From contig OX597833.1 in NCBI GenBank assembly GCA_951406725.2, forward strand, positions 56,358,001-56,422,000: a DNA stretch of 64,000 nt, read 5' to 3'. The notes under the pieces are model-generated. The model was not told the DNA's origin. It searched no databases and saw nothing but the letters and a program-made list of their open reading frames with translations. Below are positions 61,181-64,000 of the stretch, piece by piece. Every line of letters starts with the position of its first letter. The stretch's first letter is position 1. The DNA comes from Octopus vulgaris (lineage: Eukaryota). Made by a program: the position numbers and the translations under genes.

Positions 61181-63278
61181 TCATCATCATCATCATCATC
61201 GTTTAGCGTCCGCTTTCCATGCTAGCATGGGTTGGACGGGTCAACTGGGGTCTGTGAAGCTGGAAGGCTTCGTCAGGCCCAGTCAGATCTGGCAGTGTTT
61301 CTACGGCTGGATGCCCTTCCTAACGCCAACCACTCCGCGAGTGTAGTGGGTGTTTTTTACGTGCCACCTGCACAGGTGCCAGACAGAGCTGGTGAACGGC
61401 CACGAACGGATGGTGCTTTTACGTGTCACCGGCACGGGGGCCAGCCGAGGCTGGCAACGGACACGAACGGATGGTGCTTTTACGTGCCACCGACACGGGG
61501 CCAGACAGAGCTGGCAAACGGCCACGAACGGATGGTGCTTTTACGTGTCACCGGCACGGGGGCCAGCCGAGGCTGGCAACGGACACGAACGGATGGTGCT
61601 TTTACGTGCCACCGACACGGGGCCAGACAGAGCTGGCAAACGGCCACGAACGGACGGTGCTTTTACATGTCACCGGCACGGGGCCAGGCGAGGCTGGCAA
61701 CGAACACGAACGGATGGTGCTTTTACGTGCCACCGACACGGGGCCAGGCAGAGCTGGCAAACGGCCAAGAGCGAATGGTGCTTTTACGTATCACCGGCAC
61801 GGGTGTCAGACGAGGCTGACAGCGGACACGAACGGATGGGTCACTTAACCCCTGCTTTCTGATATATGATTTGATTTTGATTGTTCTCACTGGTTTTGCC
61901 GGGTCTTCTCACGCACAGCATACTTCCATAGGTCTCGGTCTCTGGTCATTTCCTTGGTGAGACCTAGAGTTCGAAGGTCGTGCTTCACCACCTCGACCCA
62001 GGTTTTCTTGGGTCTACCTCTTCCACAGGTCCCCTCAACTGCCAGGGTGTGGCACTTTTTCACACACTTATCTTCATCCATTCTCACCACATGACCATAC
62101 CAGCGCAATTGTCTCTCTTGCACACAACATCTGATTCCTCTTAGGTCCAACTTTTCTCTCAAGGTACTTACACTCTGTCGACTATGAACACTGACATTAC
62201 ACATCCAACGGAGCATACTAGCTTCATTTCTCGCGAGCTTACGCATGTCCTCAGCAGTCACGGCCCATGTTTCACTGCCATGTAGCATGGCTGTTCGTAC
62301 ACATGCATCATACAGTCTGCCTTTTACTCTGAGCGAGAGGCCTTTAGTCACCAACAGAATTAAGAGCTCCCTAAACTTTGCCCAGGCTATTCTTACTCTA
62401 GCCGTTACACTTTCAGCACACCCACCCCCACTACTGACTTGGTCACCAAGATAACGGAAGCTATCAACTACTTCTAGTTTTTCCCCCTGGAAAGTGACGG
62501 AAGTTGTTTTCTGCAGATTTTCAGAGGTTAATGCTCCCGAGCATCTGCCACATACAAAAACCATCTTCCTAGTTAGCCTTCCTATGACATTGCTGCACCT
62601 CTTATGTGTCCATAGCTTACACTTGGTGCATCTTATAGAGTTTCTACCTACACCTTTTCTACAGATCGAGCAGGGCCATCTACCTGAAGGCGTTTGTGAT
62701 TTGTCTACCTTCCTACTTATTAGGACTTTGGTTTTAGCTAGGTTGACTCTAAGGCCCTTCGATTCTAAACCATGCTTCCACACCTGAAACTTCTTCTCCA
62801 GTTCTGATAATGACTAAGCAATTAGAGCAAGGTCATCAGCATAGAGGAGCTCCCAGGGGCATCCTGTCTTGAATTCCTCCGTTATTGCCTGGAGGACTAT
62901 GATAAATAGGAGGGGGCTGAGGACTGAGCCTTGGTGGACCCCTACCTCTACCCGGAATTCTTCACTGTACTCATTTCCAACCCTCACCTTACTAGCAACG
63001 TCCCTGTACATGGCTTGCACAGCTCTCACTAACCATTCTTCTATTCCTAGTTTCCTCATTGACCACCATATGAGGGATCGGGGGACCCTGTCGAAGGCTT
63101 TCTCCATGTCAACAAAAGCCAGGTACAGGGCCTTATCTTTGGCTAGGTATTTCTCCTGCAGCTGCCTTACCAGGAATATAGCATCAGTGGTACTTTTCCC
63201 TGGCACGAAACCAAACTGCATCTCATCTAAACTAACTCTCTCTCTAATTAGTTGGCTTATGACCCTCTCTGTAACCTT
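61181..63278 (-). mobile_element. 5'-truncated RTE-clade LINE: RT coding region, 3' UTR tandem array and (GAT)n tail
   Basis: QFGFVPGKST, AFVDMEKAFD, GVHQGSVLSP, YADD, FRYLG and LRWYGHV in one frame. One nonsense codon at 62814-62816. The stop at 61887 is followed by the repeat seen throughout the window. Confidence 0.93.
61350..61840 (-). repeat. 8 x about 61-nt tandem array (alternating A/B units) in the RTE 3' UTR
   Basis: ttttacgtgccacc...gccagacagagctggc alternates with ttttacgtgtcacc...gccagccgaggctggc. Confidence 0.9.
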
Positions 63279-63661
63279 ATATATATCATTGTTTAACGTC
63301 TGTTTTCCGGCTAGCACAGGTTGGACAGTTTGACTGGGGTCTGGGAAGCCAGGAGGCTGCACCAGGCTCCAGTCTGATCTGGCAGTGTTTCTACAGCTGG
63401 ATGCCCTTCCTAACGCCAACCACTTCATGAGTGTAGTGGGTGCTTTTTATGTGCCACCGGCACAGAAGCCAGCAAAAGTGGCGCTGGCATCGGTCACGTT
63501 CGGATGGTGCTTTTCACATGCCACCGGCACAGATATATATAAACACACACACAGATAATGTATGTATATGTATATTAGTGAAAGATGCACACATTGATAA
63601 GAAAATGAAACTCATACATTGAAGTAAGCATAACTTGTGGTATTTATTCTACCTAACGTAC

Positions 63662-63716
63662 ACTCTCTTTTGCCACTGGAAATGCACTGTGGTATAATAT
63701 GTCAGGATATATGTAG
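63662..63716 (-). CDS. TUBGCP6: Candidate further GCP6 exon (boundaries uncertain)
   Basis: YIYPDILYHSAFPVAKES ends in phase 0 at a gtacgt donor. AFPV resembles the AFPT preceding GVKLL in vertebrate GCP6 as recalled, but the acceptor is weak. Confidence 0.4.
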
Positions 63717-64000
63717 CTGGATGTGTTGTGGTATATATATATATATGGCATGTGCAAAAAGATTCGAGCAAGGTCATTGCCAGTACCACCTGACTGGCCC
63801 CTGTGCTGTGGCACGTAAAAGGGCACCATTCGAGCATGATCGTTACCAACGTCGCCTTACTGGCACCTGTGCCGGTAGCATGTGTAAAAAAATTCAAGCA
63901 AGGTCATTGCCAGTACCGTCTGACTGGCTCCCATGCCAGTGGCACGTAAAAAGCACCCACTACACTCTAGGAGTGGTTGGCGTTAGGAAGGGCATCCAGC

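Noticed and set aside
61350-61840. CRISPR-like repeat/spacer appearance (also 55655-56050, 42115-42540)
   Set aside because: The spacers are homologous to each other, there are no cas genes, the context is eukaryotic, and the array is part of an RTE 3' UTR.
61232-61862. Overlapping 141-195 aa ORFs, and the many similar 60-150 aa ORFs in SINEs and RTE tails
   Set aside because: They are open frames caused by GC-rich tandem repeats and recur in every repeat copy, with no protein motif.

Overview
AT-rich, repeat-dense animal genomic DNA. The SINE, RTE and microsatellite content looks like an octopus (coleoid cephalopod) genome; that assignment is inferred, not proven. Two intron-rich genes lie tail-to-tail about 1.2 kb apart. 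Cytoplasmic seryl-tRNA synthetase (SARS1, + strand) has 10 coding exons at 5917-24782, with its first exon upstream of the window. Gamma-tubulin complex component 6 (TUBGCP6, - strand) has 21 frame-consistent exons at 60933-26002 plus one candidate exon, and its 5' part is outside the window. Most ORFs in the supplied track are artefacts of repeats. The introns hold tRNA-derived SINEs, 5'-truncated RTE LINE 3' UTRs, Helitron/Helentron-like elements, piggyBac, hAT and Merlin-like MITEs, and Tc1/mariner relics. The main unannotated signal is about a dozen minimal type I hammerhead ribozyme motifs from roughly eight sequence families. Most sit in short fold-back or tandem elements with Penelope-like (PLE) or retrozyme architecture, often inside (TA)n tracts. 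Their cores show natural covariation of the 3-8 pair (C3:G8, G3:C8, U3:A8). One family is a tRNA-headed, hammerhead-tailed SINE-like element, and one tandem copy lies in sense orientation just downstream of the TUBGCP6 stop. Other notable items are a 25-aa repeat array in GCP6, a PHD finger inside an RTE reverse transcriptase, and a structured tandem-hairpin array in the RTE 3' UTR. All coordinates, translations and folds were read by eye; no searches were run.
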